Shown here: positions 9,449 to 19,298 of the stretch, piece after piece
How the letters are laid out: each line of letters begins with the position of its first letter
How positions within the stretch are numbered: the stretch's first letter is position 1
NCBI GenBank assembly: GCA_965203515.1
Contig: OZ241907.1
Coordinates: 3,488,001-3,552,000, forward strand
DNA: 64,000 bases
Source of the DNA: Spirochaetia bacterium
GTDB lineage: Bacteria; Spirochaetota; Spirochaetia; SZUA-6; Bin103
Direction: 5' to 3'
Notes under the pieces: model-generated
The model's input: only the letters and a program-made list of their open reading frames with translations
Databases searched by the model: none
What the model was told of the DNA's origin: nothing
Program-made: the position numbers and the translations under genes

Positions 9449-10596
9449 CGCAACGCGGTCATCTCCCGGCCGTCACTTCCAGCGTCATCTCCGGCCGGTC
9501 GACCCGGTACGGTCTGCCGGACGCCGGTGTCGGAAGCGCGCTCGAGCGCGTCGATCAGGCGGTGCAGGGAGAGCGCCAGCTCGAAGTCGGGCTCCGCCGG
9601 GGCGCCGGTGCGGATCGCCTGAGCGAAGTGGCTCCAGACCTGGGCGACGTAGAACGGGCGGTCCCGCTCCCGTTCGTGCAGCACGCGCGTGAGCCGGTGG
9701 GGGATCGGCAGCTCGGCGAGTGCGGCGTCGTCGGGGCCGCCGACCATCAGGCGGAGGTCGCCAAAGCGTTCGTCCGCGTGAATCACGGCGGTCCGCTCGC
9801 GGCCGTAGACCTCGAACCGGTAGCCGCTGCCGTGCCACGGCACGCTGTGTTCGTAGGCCAGCACGGCCGTGCCGGCGTCGGTGCTGCCCTGCATGAACAC
9901 CGTGTCCGGCGCGGTGGCGTCGATCAGCCTGCCGGTGTCCCGTTCCCGCCACTGCGGCGCCTGCGTGCGCCACACCCCCGACACTTCGCGCAACGGTCCG
10001 AAGCAGTGGTAGACCGGTTCCAGCAGATGCCCGAAGCCGATGGTGCCGTTGTGGGCGCCGTTGCGCGCGTCGGCTCGCCAACTCGCCGTCGACGCCTTGT
10101 CGAGCAGGCCGTCCCCGCAGGCGCCGATCCGGATCGCCACCACCTCGCCGAAGAACCCCTGATCGACCAGCTCCTTGAGCCGGCGGTAGATCGGGGTATG
10201 CCGCTCCTGCAGGCCGATGATCGCCGTGCCGGGGGCGGCGCGCGCGGCGGCCGCCATCCGCTCCGCCTCGTCCAGGTTCGCGCCGAGCGGCCACTCGGTG
10301 TAGACGTGCTTGCCGGCGGCGAGCGCCGCCATGGTCGGCCGGTAGTGACGCGGCGCGCGCACCGACACCACCACGACCTCGACCTCCTGGCACGCGATCA
10401 GTTCGCGGAAGTCGGCGAAGTGGTAGCGGGCGCCGTAGATGCGCGCCGCCGCGCGCGCGGTCTCCGCGCGCGTGGTGCAGACGGCGACCAGCTCCAGCTC
10501 GGCCGGCATGGCCAGGATCGCCGGCAGATGGCCGCGCCTGGCCCAACTCTGCGTGGGATTGGCGCCGATCACGCCGATCCGCAGCCGCTCCGCCAT
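9445..10596 (-). CDS. Gfo/Idh/MocA family oxidoreductase
   Basis: RIGVIGA, AGKHVYTEWPLG. Confidence 0.9.
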   Translation of the reverse strand: MAERLRIGVIGANPTQSWARRGHLPAILAMPAELELVAVCTTRAETARAAARIYGARYHFADFRELIACQEVEVVVVSVRAPRHYRPTMAALAAGKHVYTEWPLGANLDEAERMAAAARAAPGTAIIGLQERHTPIYRRLKELVDQGFFGEVVAIRIGACGDGLLDKASTASWRADARNGAHNGTIGFGHLLEPVYHCFGPLREVSGVWRTQAPQWRERDTGRLIDATAPDTVFMQGSTDAGTAVLAYEHSVPWHGSGYRFEVYGRERTAVIHADERFGDLRLMVGGPDDAALAELPIPHRLTRVLHERERDRPFYVAQVWSHFAQAIRTGAPAEPDFELALSLHRLIDALERASDTGVRQTVPGRPAGDDAGSDGREMTALR

Positions 10597-11249
10597 CAGT
10601 CCGGCGCCTCGGCCACGGTCAGGCGGTGCAGTCGCTTGGCGCGCTCGTCGCCGAACCACAGGTGGCCGCGGTCCCAGGTGAGCCCGTGCGGCTCGGTGCC
10701 GTCCGGCGCCGGCGCGGCGGCGCGCACCTCGCCCGAGTCAGGGTCGATCCGGTGGATCGCGCGGCGGTCGGTGTCGGCGCTCCACAGCGCGCCGGCCCGC
10801 CACTCCAGCCCGTGCGGGCGCGTGCCGGGCGACGGGAAGCCGCCGGTGACGCGGCCGTCGGCCGCGTCGACCCGGTAGAAGCGGTCGGTGACCGGACAGC
10901 TCGTCCAGAGGTGCACGCCGTCCCAGGCGACGCCGTGACATTTGGGCGCCGGCGCCGGGATCGACCGGATCACCGCGCCGTCGGTCGGGTCGAGCGCGTA
11001 CAGCTTCCGGTGGTACGGGATCGAGACCCAGAGCGAGCAGCCGTCCCAGGCCAGTCCGGCCGGAATGCTGTCGATCGGCCGGAAGGAGCGCGCGGAGCGG
11101 CCGGTCGACGGGTCGACGCGCTCGATCACGAAGCTGTCGCAGTCACAGCTCCACAGGTGCGATCCGTCCCAGGCGAGCCCGTTGGGGCCGCCGGCGCCGC
11201 CGACCGGCAGGGTGCGGGTGATCGTGGCACGGAGCTGCGCCACGCTCAT
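10596..11249 (-). CDS. Beta-propeller repeat protein (glutaminyl-cyclase/Vgb-like)
   Basis: Five repeats of P-x-G-(L/V)-x-W-D-G-x-x-L-W of about 40 aa. Confidence 0.7.
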   Translation of the reverse strand: MSVAQLRATITRTLPVGGAGGPNGLAWDGSHLWSCDCDSFVIERVDPSTGRSARSFRPIDSIPAGLAWDGCSLWVSIPYHRKLYALDPTDGAVIRSIPAPAPKCHGVAWDGVHLWTSCPVTDRFYRVDAADGRVTGGFPSPGTRPHGLEWRAGALWSADTDRRAIHRIDPDSGEVRAAAPAPDGTEPHGLTWDRGHLWFGDERAKRLHRLTVAEAPD

Positions 11250-11252
11250 GGC

Positions 11253-12458
11253 TCAGCCGTGCAGGCGCGAGCGCAGGACGCTGCGGAGCTGGCCGGCGAC
11301 GATCCGTTCCTCCCCCTCCGCCAGCACGTGCGGACCCACGAACAGGCTGCGGTCGCCCTCGACTCCCACCAGGATGCGCGGGGATCCCTTGTCGAGGTCG
11401 TCGGCGATCTGTTCGGCGGTGGCCGGGAACTCCTCGCCCAGGGTGATGAACAGCCGTACCAGTTGGAAGTTGTCGTAGGGCACCGGCTCGGCCGAGACGT
11501 GCGGGATGCCGGCGAGCTGCTCCCGGATCACCCCCATGCGGCGGTGATACTCGACCAGGCGAGCCTGGTGATCGGTGTTGAACCAGACGTCCAGCGCGAC
11601 CGCCAGGGCCACGATCTGCTGCCGGTCCAGCTTCATGCCGCGCCCGAAGGCATAGCCGCCGCCGGTGGGGATATCGTCGTTGTCGATGCTGCCGCAGAAG
11701 TCGAGCTTGCGCAGCGGATCGACGTATTTCCGGCGGCCGGCGACCAGTCCGGTCGAGTGCGAGCTGCCGAAGTACTTGCCGCCGAAGCAGACCAGATCGG
11801 CCGCCTGCGCGATCCAGCGAAAGTGATCGAGCGGATAGACCTGGGCGGCGGCGTCGACGATCACCGGCAGGCCGCGGCGCCGGCCGACGGCGGCCACCTC
11901 TTCCAGCGGCAGGTCGCCGGTGCGCGGCGGGAACAGGTAGCCGGCCGGATGCGAGTAGGGATGGGCGATGGCGACGGTGTCCTGGTCGATCGCGGCCTCC
12001 AGTTCTTCGACGGTGCAGCCGTCGTCGCGGCCGACCGGCACCAGCCGGGAGCCGGCGAAGGTGAAGCAGGGCTGCACCCAATAGCGGTGCTGGCGCTGGA
12101 TCAGGATGCGGTCCCTGCGGCCGGTGGTGTTGGGCAGGCGCGCCATCTTTGCGGCGTCGTCGCCGGTCATGGCGATGGCGGAGCTCAGGATGATCGCGGA
12201 CGCGCAGCCGGCCGTGGGGTGCGCGGTCTCGCAGCCGAGCAGGCCGGCGACGTAGTCGCCGGTCTTGCGCATGAGCTCGGCCATGTCGACCCAGCCGCGG
12301 CCGGCCTCGTCCATCGCCGCCCGCACCACCGCCGACGGCGTCGAGCCGCCGAACACGGTCGAGTTGCTGCGCGCGTTGAGAATCGGCACGACGCCGAGCT
12401 TCCGGTAGACGCCGCCCTCGGCGAGGCGCGGCACGTCGTTCGCACCCGATGCAGACAT
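11253..12458 (-). CDS. SelA-like PLP-dependent enzyme (DgaE-like ammonia-lyase family)
   Basis: LGVVPILNA..T.FGGS, PVIVDAAAQ, ADLVCFGGK (PLP lysine), GRGMK. Confidence 0.82.
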   Translation of the reverse strand: MSASGANDVPRLAEGGVYRKLGVVPILNARSNSTVFGGSTPSAVVRAAMDEAGRGWVDMAELMRKTGDYVAGLLGCETAHPTAGCASAIILSSAIAMTGDDAAKMARLPNTTGRRDRILIQRQHRYWVQPCFTFAGSRLVPVGRDDGCTVEELEAAIDQDTVAIAHPYSHPAGYLFPPRTGDLPLEEVAAVGRRRGLPVIVDAAAQVYPLDHFRWIAQAADLVCFGGKYFGSSHSTGLVAGRRKYVDPLRKLDFCGSIDNDDIPTGGGYAFGRGMKLDRQQIVALAVALDVWFNTDHQARLVEYHRRMGVIREQLAGIPHVSAEPVPYDNFQLVRLFITLGEEFPATAEQIADDLDKGSPRILVGVEGDRSLFVGPHVLAEGEERIVAGQLRSVLRSRLHG

Positions 12459-12463
12459 GCCGC

Positions 12464-13727
12464 TCAGGATAGCCGAACGCCGCGCGCCGGTCTATCACCG
12501 GCGGCGTCGCAGTCGCCTTCATACGGTTCGGATGCTCTGAAGTACCTGTGAAAGTCAGCGTTCTCCAGGCGTCCTTCAATCCATTCCCGCCGGGAGGCGA
12601 TGAAGCGGATCACCCTCATGATGTCGTCGTTCCATCCGGCATGCGCCAACCTGATGACGTACTCGATCAGGTGCCTCTCGTTCCACACCGTCGCCAGCAG
12701 GCGCCGCATGGTGGCCTTGTAGGCTTCCACGTGAGCCGGGAACAGCGCGCGCGCCAACGCTCCACGCATCCCCATCACCGGTCCTTTGGCAGTCTGGAAT
12801 GCTTGATCAGGTCCCCATGGAATGAATACCAGACCGGCGGCGCTTTCGTGAAAGTAGTAGTTGTTGATGCCGTAGGTGTAGTTGTCGTGCGTGTTCGTCA
12901 GGCTTTCCAATGCCCAGAACGTCAGGAACCGGTCCACGTCGATCAGCTTCTCCAAAGCTGCGCGATCACCCTCCGCGATGGCGTCCGTAACCTTCTCGAT
13001 GTATCCGAGACCGGGGTTCTTGGTCGTCTTCTTCTCGAACGTACCGGTGAGCTCAGGCAAGAAGTCGCTGAACGTCCCTTCATACAGGTTGCCGGCGCCG
13101 TGCCAGGCGCGCTTGAAGTAGTCGGTCTTCATATCTTCGACGTTCACGTAAACGCCAAGATCGGCGCCGTTCACGGTGACGCGCGCGAAGTTGCACAGGG
13201 GGGTGGGGATGCCGGCGCGGCGGTACACCTCATACGTCAAGCAGGTGTTCACCATGGATTCATCCTGGATGCTGTTGTTGAGCGTCAGTCTGGTAGCGCC
13301 GCCGTGGTCCTGCTCGATGTACTTGTCCAGCCGCAGCTTGAGCGCAGGCTTGGTGGCGGACAGCGAACCGTAGAAACCTTTTTTTGCGAATCCGGGCGCG
13401 CTTGTACTCCTTGCCGTCGATGGACACCGTTGCCTCGAACCACTCGAACGGACTATCGAACGGCTCGCAAGACCAGTTTGAGACCGGTACCGAACTCCGA
13501 GCACCTACGTCATGCTGGCGGTCCTGTCGGCGCAATGCGTCCCAGTCGGCCACCGGCATCGCCACGTCGATCCGCACCAAGTGGTCGATGCTGCGCCAGT
13601 CCTTCATCACCGGCGGCGGGGCAGGAGGAGGTGGAGGAGACGCGATGCGCGGCTCCGGCGGCGCGACAGTTGTGCAGGCGGCCATCAGCGCCGCCATCAG
13701 CACGGCCACCAGCAGTTTCATCGTCAT
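12464..13727 (-). pseudogene. CotH kinase family lipoprotein split by a 1-nt frameshift in an A7 run
   Basis: Lipoprotein signal MKLLVAVLMAALMAAC in one frame and KKGFYGS..LNNSIQD..HDNY..FIPWGPD in the next; removing one A at 13379-13385 gives IRKKGFYGS, matching the paralog at 1086. Confidence 0.82.
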
Positions 13728-13849
13728 ATCGGGTGCCGTTCTACTATGCACCCTGTCGGGCCGCAATGATCGGTGTCCGAGCGACTTCCGGTGGCTTGGC
13801 GGCGCCGGAGCCGGTAGGATCGGGCCCACCCACCGACAGAAGAGGGACA

Positions 13850-14653
13850 ATGAAGATCAAGCAGTCCATAGCGTTCCCGATCTTCGGGACGGCCGACCTT
13901 TCGCTGGCCGATCTGTGCCGGCAGGCGGCGCGGATCGGCTACGCGGCGATCGAGATGTGGGGGCGCCGCGGCGGCGGCGCGGCCGGCGACGACGACTTCG
14001 ACGAGGTCGTGGCGACCGCGCGCCGGCACGGGCTGCGGATGGTGAGCATGGGCGGTCACGGGACGCTGGAGAACGGCTGCAACGACCCGGCCAACCACGA
14101 CCGCATCGTCGGCGAGCTCGCGGCATCGATCGAGCTGGCGGCAGCCGGCGGCGTGCCGAACGTGATCGCCTTCGCCGGCAACCGACTCGACGGCCAGAGC
14201 GACCTGGAGGGTATGGTCGAATGCGCGCGCGTGCTGCGCCGCGCGGCGCCGATCGCCGAGGAGGCCGGCGTCAACGTCAACGTCGAGCTGCTCAACTCGC
14301 GGGTCGATCACGCCGGCTACCTGGGCGATCACACCGACTGGGGCATCGCGCTGTGCGAGATGGTCGCAAGTCCGCGCGTCAAGCTGCTGTTCGACATCTA
14401 TCACATGCAGATCATGGAAGGGGACGTGATCCGTTCCATCCGCCGCGCCCTGCCCCACGTCGGGCACTTTCATACGGCAGGCAACCCGGGCCGCCGCGAC
14501 CTGGACGACACTCAGGAGTTGAACTATCGCGGCATCTGCACCGCGATCGCCGCCACCGACTACGACGGTTACGTCGGTCACGAGTTCATACCGGCCGGAG
14601 CCATCGTGCCGGCCCTGCGACAGGCGTTCGACGTCTGCGACGTGGGCGACTGA
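13850..14653 (+). CDS. Hydroxypyruvate isomerase / sugar phosphate isomerase-epimerase TIM barrel
   Basis: VELLNSRVDH.GY, KLLFDIYHMQIMEGD, HFHTAGNPGR, GYVGHEF; AGAGGG RBS. Confidence 0.9.
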   Translation: MKIKQSIAFPIFGTADLSLADLCRQAARIGYAAIEMWGRRGGGAAGDDDFDEVVATARRHGLRMVSMGGHGTLENGCNDPANHDRIVGELAASIELAAAGGVPNVIAFAGNRLDGQSDLEGMVECARVLRRAAPIAEEAGVNVNVELLNSRVDHAGYLGDHTDWGIALCEMVASPRVKLLFDIYHMQIMEGDVIRSIRRALPHVGHFHTAGNPGRRDLDDTQELNYRGICTAIAATDYDGYVGHEFIPAGAIVPALRQAFDVCDVGD

Positions 14654-14673
14654 CGCACCCGCGGCACCGATCG

Positions 14674-16431
14674 ATGAGCAGCGCGCATCCGCAGATACCC
14701 TACGGCTGGGCCGACTTCCGGACGATACGGCGCGAGCGCGCCCTGTACGTCGACAAGACCCGGTTTCTGCATGACCTGGAGCAGGAGCGGTACGCCTTTC
14801 TGATCCGTCCCCGCCGCTTCGGCAAGTCGTGCTGGGTGTCGCTGCTGGCGTACTATTACGACCGCACCCGTGCCGACAGCTTCGCCAGCATGTTCGCGGG
14901 CACCGACATCGGGCGCCGGCCGACGCCGAACCGCCACCGGTACGTCATCCTGCACTTTGACTTCTCCGCGTTCGACGACACCCTCGAGACGTTGCGCGAG
15001 CGGTTCGAGACCTACTGCTTCATCAAGCTGCGCGCCGCTCTGGAGCGCAACGCCGATCTGTTTTCCGAGACGGTGATCGAGCGCATCCTCGCTCATCCCT
15101 CCATCGACGGCCGGCTCGCCGAGCTGTTCGCCTACGCCGGCGAGCAGGACATTCCGCTGTACGTGCTGATCGACGAGTACGACAACTTCGCCAACACCAT
15201 ACTCGCCTGGCGGGGCGCGGAGGCGTACCACTCGTTCACCCATGGCGGCGGCTTCTACCGCAACTTCTTTGCCACCCTCAAGGCCGGCGCCGGCCATGGC
15301 GGCGGCCTGGAACGCCTGTTCGTCACGGGCGTCTCCCCCATCACCATGGACGACGTGACCAGCGGCTTCAACATCGGCGCCAACATCAGTCTGATGCCGG
15401 AGTTCAACGAGCTGCTCGGCTTCATCGAGGCGGAGGTGAGGCGCATCCTGGAGATATACCGGGACCACGGCGTGCTCGATCAGGACGTGGACGAGGCGAT
15501 GGCCGTGATGGGCGAATGGTACAATGGCTACCGGTTCGCCGCGGACGCCGCGAACGATCTCTACAACACCGACATGGTCCTCTACTACGTGAAGGGCTCC
15601 ATTCCCAACAGACCCGCACCGCGTGACCTGATCGATACCAACGTGCGGATCGACTACGGCAAGCTGCGCCACCTGCTGACGGTCAACCGGCGTCTCAACG
15701 GCAACTTCGACCTGCTGCGCCACGTCATCGGCGAAGGCTGGGTAGACAGCGAAATCACGAGCGGCTTCCCGCTGGAGCGGCTGCAGGAGCGGGAGAACTT
15801 CCTGTCCCTGCTGCACTTCTTCGGCCTGCTCAGCATCCGCGAAGTGCGCGCCGGCAGGCCCCGGCTGGGAGTACCGAACCAGACCGTCAAGCGCCTCATG
15901 TACGCCTTCCTGCGTGACGGCTACCGCGACGTGGACGTGTTCTCGGTCGACCTGTACACCTTCAGCCTCCTGGTGCACGAGATGGCCTGCCGGGGCGCCT
16001 GGCGGCCGGTGGTGGAGTTCCTGGCCGACGCCATCGCCCGCCAGAGCAGCGTCCGAGACTACATCGACGGAGAGAAGGTGATCTGCGGCTTTCTGGCGGC
16101 GTATCTGAGCTGCACCGATCACTTCGTGTTCCAGTCGGAGCGGGAGCTGGGCGGCGGCTACGCCGACATCTGCCTGGAGCCGCATCTGCAGCGCTACACC
16201 GAGATGCGCCACGGCTACGTGCTGGAGTTGAAGTACCTGGCCCGCAGGGAGGAGGCGAGCGAAGCGCGCGTAGCGCAGGCTGCGCGGCAGGCGGCGGCGC
16301 AGTTGCGCCGCTACCTCGCCGACGGGCGGCTTGAGCGGCAGTACCCGACGGTGCGCTTCACCGGGCTGGCGCTGGTGTTCCACGGATGGGAGCTGGTCCA
16401 CCGCGAGGCCGTAGCCGGACCACTGAAATGA
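14674..16431 (+). CDS. AAA-ATPase-like protein with C-terminal PD-(D/E)xK nuclease domain
   Basis: YVDKT, RPRRFGKS (Walker A), LIDEYD (Walker B), WYNGY; C-terminal SE..GYADI..VLELKY. Confidence 0.9.
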   Translation: MSSAHPQIPYGWADFRTIRRERALYVDKTRFLHDLEQERYAFLIRPRRFGKSCWVSLLAYYYDRTRADSFASMFAGTDIGRRPTPNRHRYVILHFDFSAFDDTLETLRERFETYCFIKLRAALERNADLFSETVIERILAHPSIDGRLAELFAYAGEQDIPLYVLIDEYDNFANTILAWRGAEAYHSFTHGGGFYRNFFATLKAGAGHGGGLERLFVTGVSPITMDDVTSGFNIGANISLMPEFNELLGFIEAEVRRILEIYRDHGVLDQDVDEAMAVMGEWYNGYRFAADAANDLYNTDMVLYYVKGSIPNRPAPRDLIDTNVRIDYGKLRHLLTVNRRLNGNFDLLRHVIGEGWVDSEITSGFPLERLQERENFLSLLHFFGLLSIREVRAGRPRLGVPNQTVKRLMYAFLRDGYRDVDVFSVDLYTFSLLVHEMACRGAWRPVVEFLADAIARQSSVRDYIDGEKVICGFLAAYLSCTDHFVFQSERELGGGYADICLEPHLQRYTEMRHGYVLELKYLARREEASEARVAQAARQAAAQLRRYLADGRLERQYPTVRFTGLALVFHGWELVHREAVAGPLK

Positions 16432-16451
16432 TGAATGATGACGATTGACCG

Positions 16452-16595
16452 ATGGTGATGGAACCGATCATACTCGACGACGAACGGCGTCGGTTCTTCG
16501 ACGAAAACGGCTATCTGGTCGTTTCCGGGGCGCTGCGGCCTGCGGAGACCGATGCGTTGACGGCTGCGGCGGATCATCGCGATCGATCGAGGTGA
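16452..16595 (+). pseudogene. N-terminal remnant of a phytanoyl-CoA dioxygenase (PhyH) family gene
   Basis: MVMEPIILDDERRRFFDENGYLVVSGALRPAETDAL is a typical PhyH first helix/strand, but it stops after 47 aa. Confidence 0.6.
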
Positions 16596-16601
16596 GGCGC
16601 C

Positions 16602-16991
16602 ATGGCTGATGTGCGCTCGCGCTCGCTACGACGGGGGCGGCTCGACACGCACGACTGGGCGTCCGAGGCGCTGCTGTGCATCTCCTGTCGGGAGGAGGTG
16701 ACCGGCGACCGGGCGCGCATCGACGTGGCCGGCGCGCATCGGCACGATTTTTTCAACCCGCAGCGCATCCACTACGCAGTCGCCTGCTTCGCGCCGGCCC
16801 ACGGCTGCCGAGCGGTGGGCGAGCAGACCGATCGCTTCACGTGGTTCGCCGGCTACTCATGGGCGATCGCCCTGTGCCGGCGGTGCGGCATGCATCTGGG
16901 CTGGCGGTTCGTATCGGCCGGCGGCGGGCACCGCTTCTTCGGGCTGATCGAGTCGCGGCTGGTGCGGCTGGGCCAGGGCTGGGCGAACTGA
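16602..16991 (+). CDS. Bacterial cereblon family protein (CULT / thalidomide-binding domain)
   Basis: CxxC..H.FFNP..FTWFAGYSW..CRRCGMHLGWRF..FFGLI: two CxxC zinc pairs and three cage tryptophans. Confidence 0.88.
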   Translation: MADVRSRSLRRGRLDTHDWASEALLCISCREEVTGDRARIDVAGAHRHDFFNPQRIHYAVACFAPAHGCRAVGEQTDRFTWFAGYSWAIALCRRCGMHLGWRFVSAGGGHRFFGLIESRLVRLGQGWAN

Positions 16992-17002
16992 GCCAGGCCA
17001 GC

Positions 17003-18376
17003 TCACCCATCTGCCGCCGCCAGAGCGGTCAGGCGCGCGCGGTCGGGTTTGCCGGTCGGGGTGACGGCGCCGGCCGGCATCGGCAGGTAGCGCACCGGGT
17101 GCTTGAAGCGCGGCAGCCGCTCGGCAAGCAGCGCCTTGAGCTCGTCTGCCGTCGGCCGGCCGTCGGCCGGCTCGACGAACGCCACCGGGCGGGAGCCGAA
17201 CTCCGGGTCGGGGGAGGGCACCACGACGGCGACGGCTACCGCCGGATGCGCGCCAAGCGCATGCTCGATCTCCTGCGGATCGATGGTCTCGCCGCCCGAC
17301 GTGAACATGCCGTCGGCGCGGCCGCTGACGGTCAGGATGCCGCCGGCGTCGAGATGCCCGCAGTCGCCGGTGCGGAACCATCCGCCGGGGGCCAGCGGCG
17401 GCGGCTCCACGCCGGCGGCGCTCAGATAGCCGGCGAACAGCGTGTCGCCACCCACCTCGATCTGACCGCCGCGGATGCGGAGTCGCCGGTGCGGCAGCGC
17501 GCCGCCGCACGCGCCGGGCGGCAGATCGACGCCCGGCGCGGCGGTGGCCACCTGCGACGCCATCTCCGTGGAGCCGTAGGTGGGAAGCACCGGGATGCCG
17601 GCTGCCCGTGCGCGTTCCAGGAGACCCGGCGCCGCCGCCTGGCCGCCGACCAACACGCTGCGCAGGCCGCTGCGCCGGTCGGCCGGCACCTCGATCAGCC
17701 GCCGGAGCTGAGCCGGCACCACCGATAGCCGGGTCGCCTGCGGCAGCAGCTCCCACGAGTCGTCCGCGCCCCGGTCGAGGTTGCGAAAGGAGCCGGAGCG
17801 GGCGATGAGCGCCGTCGCTCCGGCCAGCAGGCAGCGGAACAGGATCGACAGCCCGGACACGTGGCTCAGCGGCAGCGCCACCAGCCAGCGGTCATCACGG
17901 TCGAGCGGCAGGTTGGCGGCGGAGCCGGCGGCGCTGCGCAGATGGTTCGCCAGCGTGTGGACGACCGCGCGCGGACGGCCGGTGGTGCCGGAGGTCAGGA
18001 GCGCGGTCGCCGGCGCGGCCGGGTCGACCGGGGCCGCCCGCGCGTCGCCGCTCGGCAGGTCCAGGTCGGCGCCGGTGAACGGCGGGCCGCAGCGCAGCTC
18101 GGCGCCCATGGCGCGGACGCGGGCCGCCGGCAGCAGCGGGCTCTGCAGCAATGGAAGCAGGCCGGCGCACCACGCACCGTAGAGGAATGCGGCCAGCACG
18201 GTGGTGTTCTCCGCCTGCACGGCGATCCGCGACCCCGGCGTCAGTCCGTAATCGCGGAACCGCTCCACCCAGCCGCCGGCCGCTTCGGCCAGCCGGCGGT
18301 AGCTGATCCCTTCGCCCGGGCGGTGCTCGGCGCCGGCCAGCGCGATCGACGCCCCGTGCGCGGCGAGCGACTCCAT
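17003..18376 (-). CDS. menE: o-succinylbenzoate-CoA ligase
   Basis: TSGTTGRP, TYGSTEMASQ, WFRTGD, GRAD..SGGE; position in men operon; start may be 18412. Confidence 0.85.
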   Translation of the reverse strand: MESLAAHGASIALAGAEHRPGEGISYRRLAEAAGGWVERFRDYGLTPGSRIAVQAENTTVLAAFLYGAWCAGLLPLLQSPLLPAARVRAMGAELRCGPPFTGADLDLPSGDARAAPVDPAAPATALLTSGTTGRPRAVVHTLANHLRSAAGSAANLPLDRDDRWLVALPLSHVSGLSILFRCLLAGATALIARSGSFRNLDRGADDSWELLPQATRLSVVPAQLRRLIEVPADRRSGLRSVLVGGQAAAPGLLERARAAGIPVLPTYGSTEMASQVATAAPGVDLPPGACGGALPHRRLRIRGGQIEVGGDTLFAGYLSAAGVEPPPLAPGGWFRTGDCGHLDAGGILTVSGRADGMFTSGGETIDPQEIEHALGAHPAVAVAVVVPSPDPEFGSRPVAFVEPADGRPTADELKALLAERLPRFKHPVRYLPMPAGAVTPTGKPDRARLTALAAADG

Positions 18377-18396
18377 CAGGTCGATGCGTCCGGAGC

Positions 18397-19287
18397 TCAG
18401 GTGATCGACCATCCGATGCAGAACAGCAGCGCGTGGATCAGCATGGCGCGCGCCGTGCCGGCCAGGGCGTGGTTGAGCTCGGCCGGACGGCTCGGCCGCA
18501 TGACGATCACGATCCACGGAGCGGCGGCCACGATCGTCATCAGCGGCAGCGCGCCGGCCCACCGTCCGGCCGCGAACGCCAGCGCGGTCGGCGCCGCGGC
18601 TGCGCCGACGATGCAACCCAGGTACTCCGCGCGCGCGAAGCGGGCGCCCAGACGCACCGCCAGGGTGCGCTTGCCGGCGGCGCGGTCCGTGTCGACGTCG
18701 CGCAGGTTGTTGACGGTCAGGATCGCCGCCGCCAGCAGGCCGGGCCCGATGCCGGCGGCGATCGCCTCGGCCGGGGCGGCGCCGGCATGCAGGTAGTAGG
18801 TGGCGGCCGTGGCCACCGGTCCGAAGAAGACGAACGCCAGCAGGTCGCCAAGGCCCAGGTAGCCGAGCGGGCGGCGGCCCCCCGTGTACCCCAGACCGGC
18901 GGCGACCGACGCCGCCGCCACGATCAGGATCGGCCAGCCGCCGATCACCGCGGCGACGGCGCCCACCACGGCCGTCGCGCCGAAGACCGCGGCAACGCCG
19001 CGGCGGAGCTGCGCCGGCTGCAGCAGGCCGGCCTGCGCGGCTCGCCGCGGCCCGACCCGTTCGGCGGTATCGGCGCCGCGCGCGTGGTCGGCGTAGTCGT
19101 TGTGGAGGTTGGTGCCGACCTGGATCAGCAGCGCGCCGAGCAGCGCCAGCACGCCGGCCGCCCACGCGAAGCGGTCGTCCGCCGCCGCCATCACCGATCC
19201 GATCAGCACCGGCGCCACCGCGACCGGCAGCGTGCGGGGCCGCGCCGCCTCCAGCCAGACGCGGGCCGCTCCCGGCGTGCGCGCCAT
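18397..19287 (-). CDS. menA: 1,4-dihydroxy-2-naphthoate prenyltransferase
   Basis: ARPRTLP, NLHNDYAD..GAD, NNLRDVDTD..GKRTLAVRLG. Confidence 0.93.
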   Translation of the reverse strand: MARTPGAARVWLEAARPRTLPVAVAPVLIGSVMAAADDRFAWAAGVLALLGALLIQVGTNLHNDYADHARGADTAERVGPRRAAQAGLLQPAQLRRGVAAVFGATAVVGAVAAVIGGWPILIVAAASVAAGLGYTGGRRPLGYLGLGDLLAFVFFGPVATAATYYLHAGAAPAEAIAAGIGPGLLAAAILTVNNLRDVDTDRAAGKRTLAVRLGARFARAEYLGCIVGAAAAPTALAFAAGRWAGALPLMTIVAAAPWIVIVMRPSRPAELNHALAGTARAMLIHALLFCIGWSIT

Positions 19288-19298
19288 GCCGCCCGGCG

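Noticed and set aside
11253..12458. selA (selenocysteine synthase)
   Set aside because: No selB/selC nearby and the context is catabolic; better explained as a SelA-like PLP lyase.
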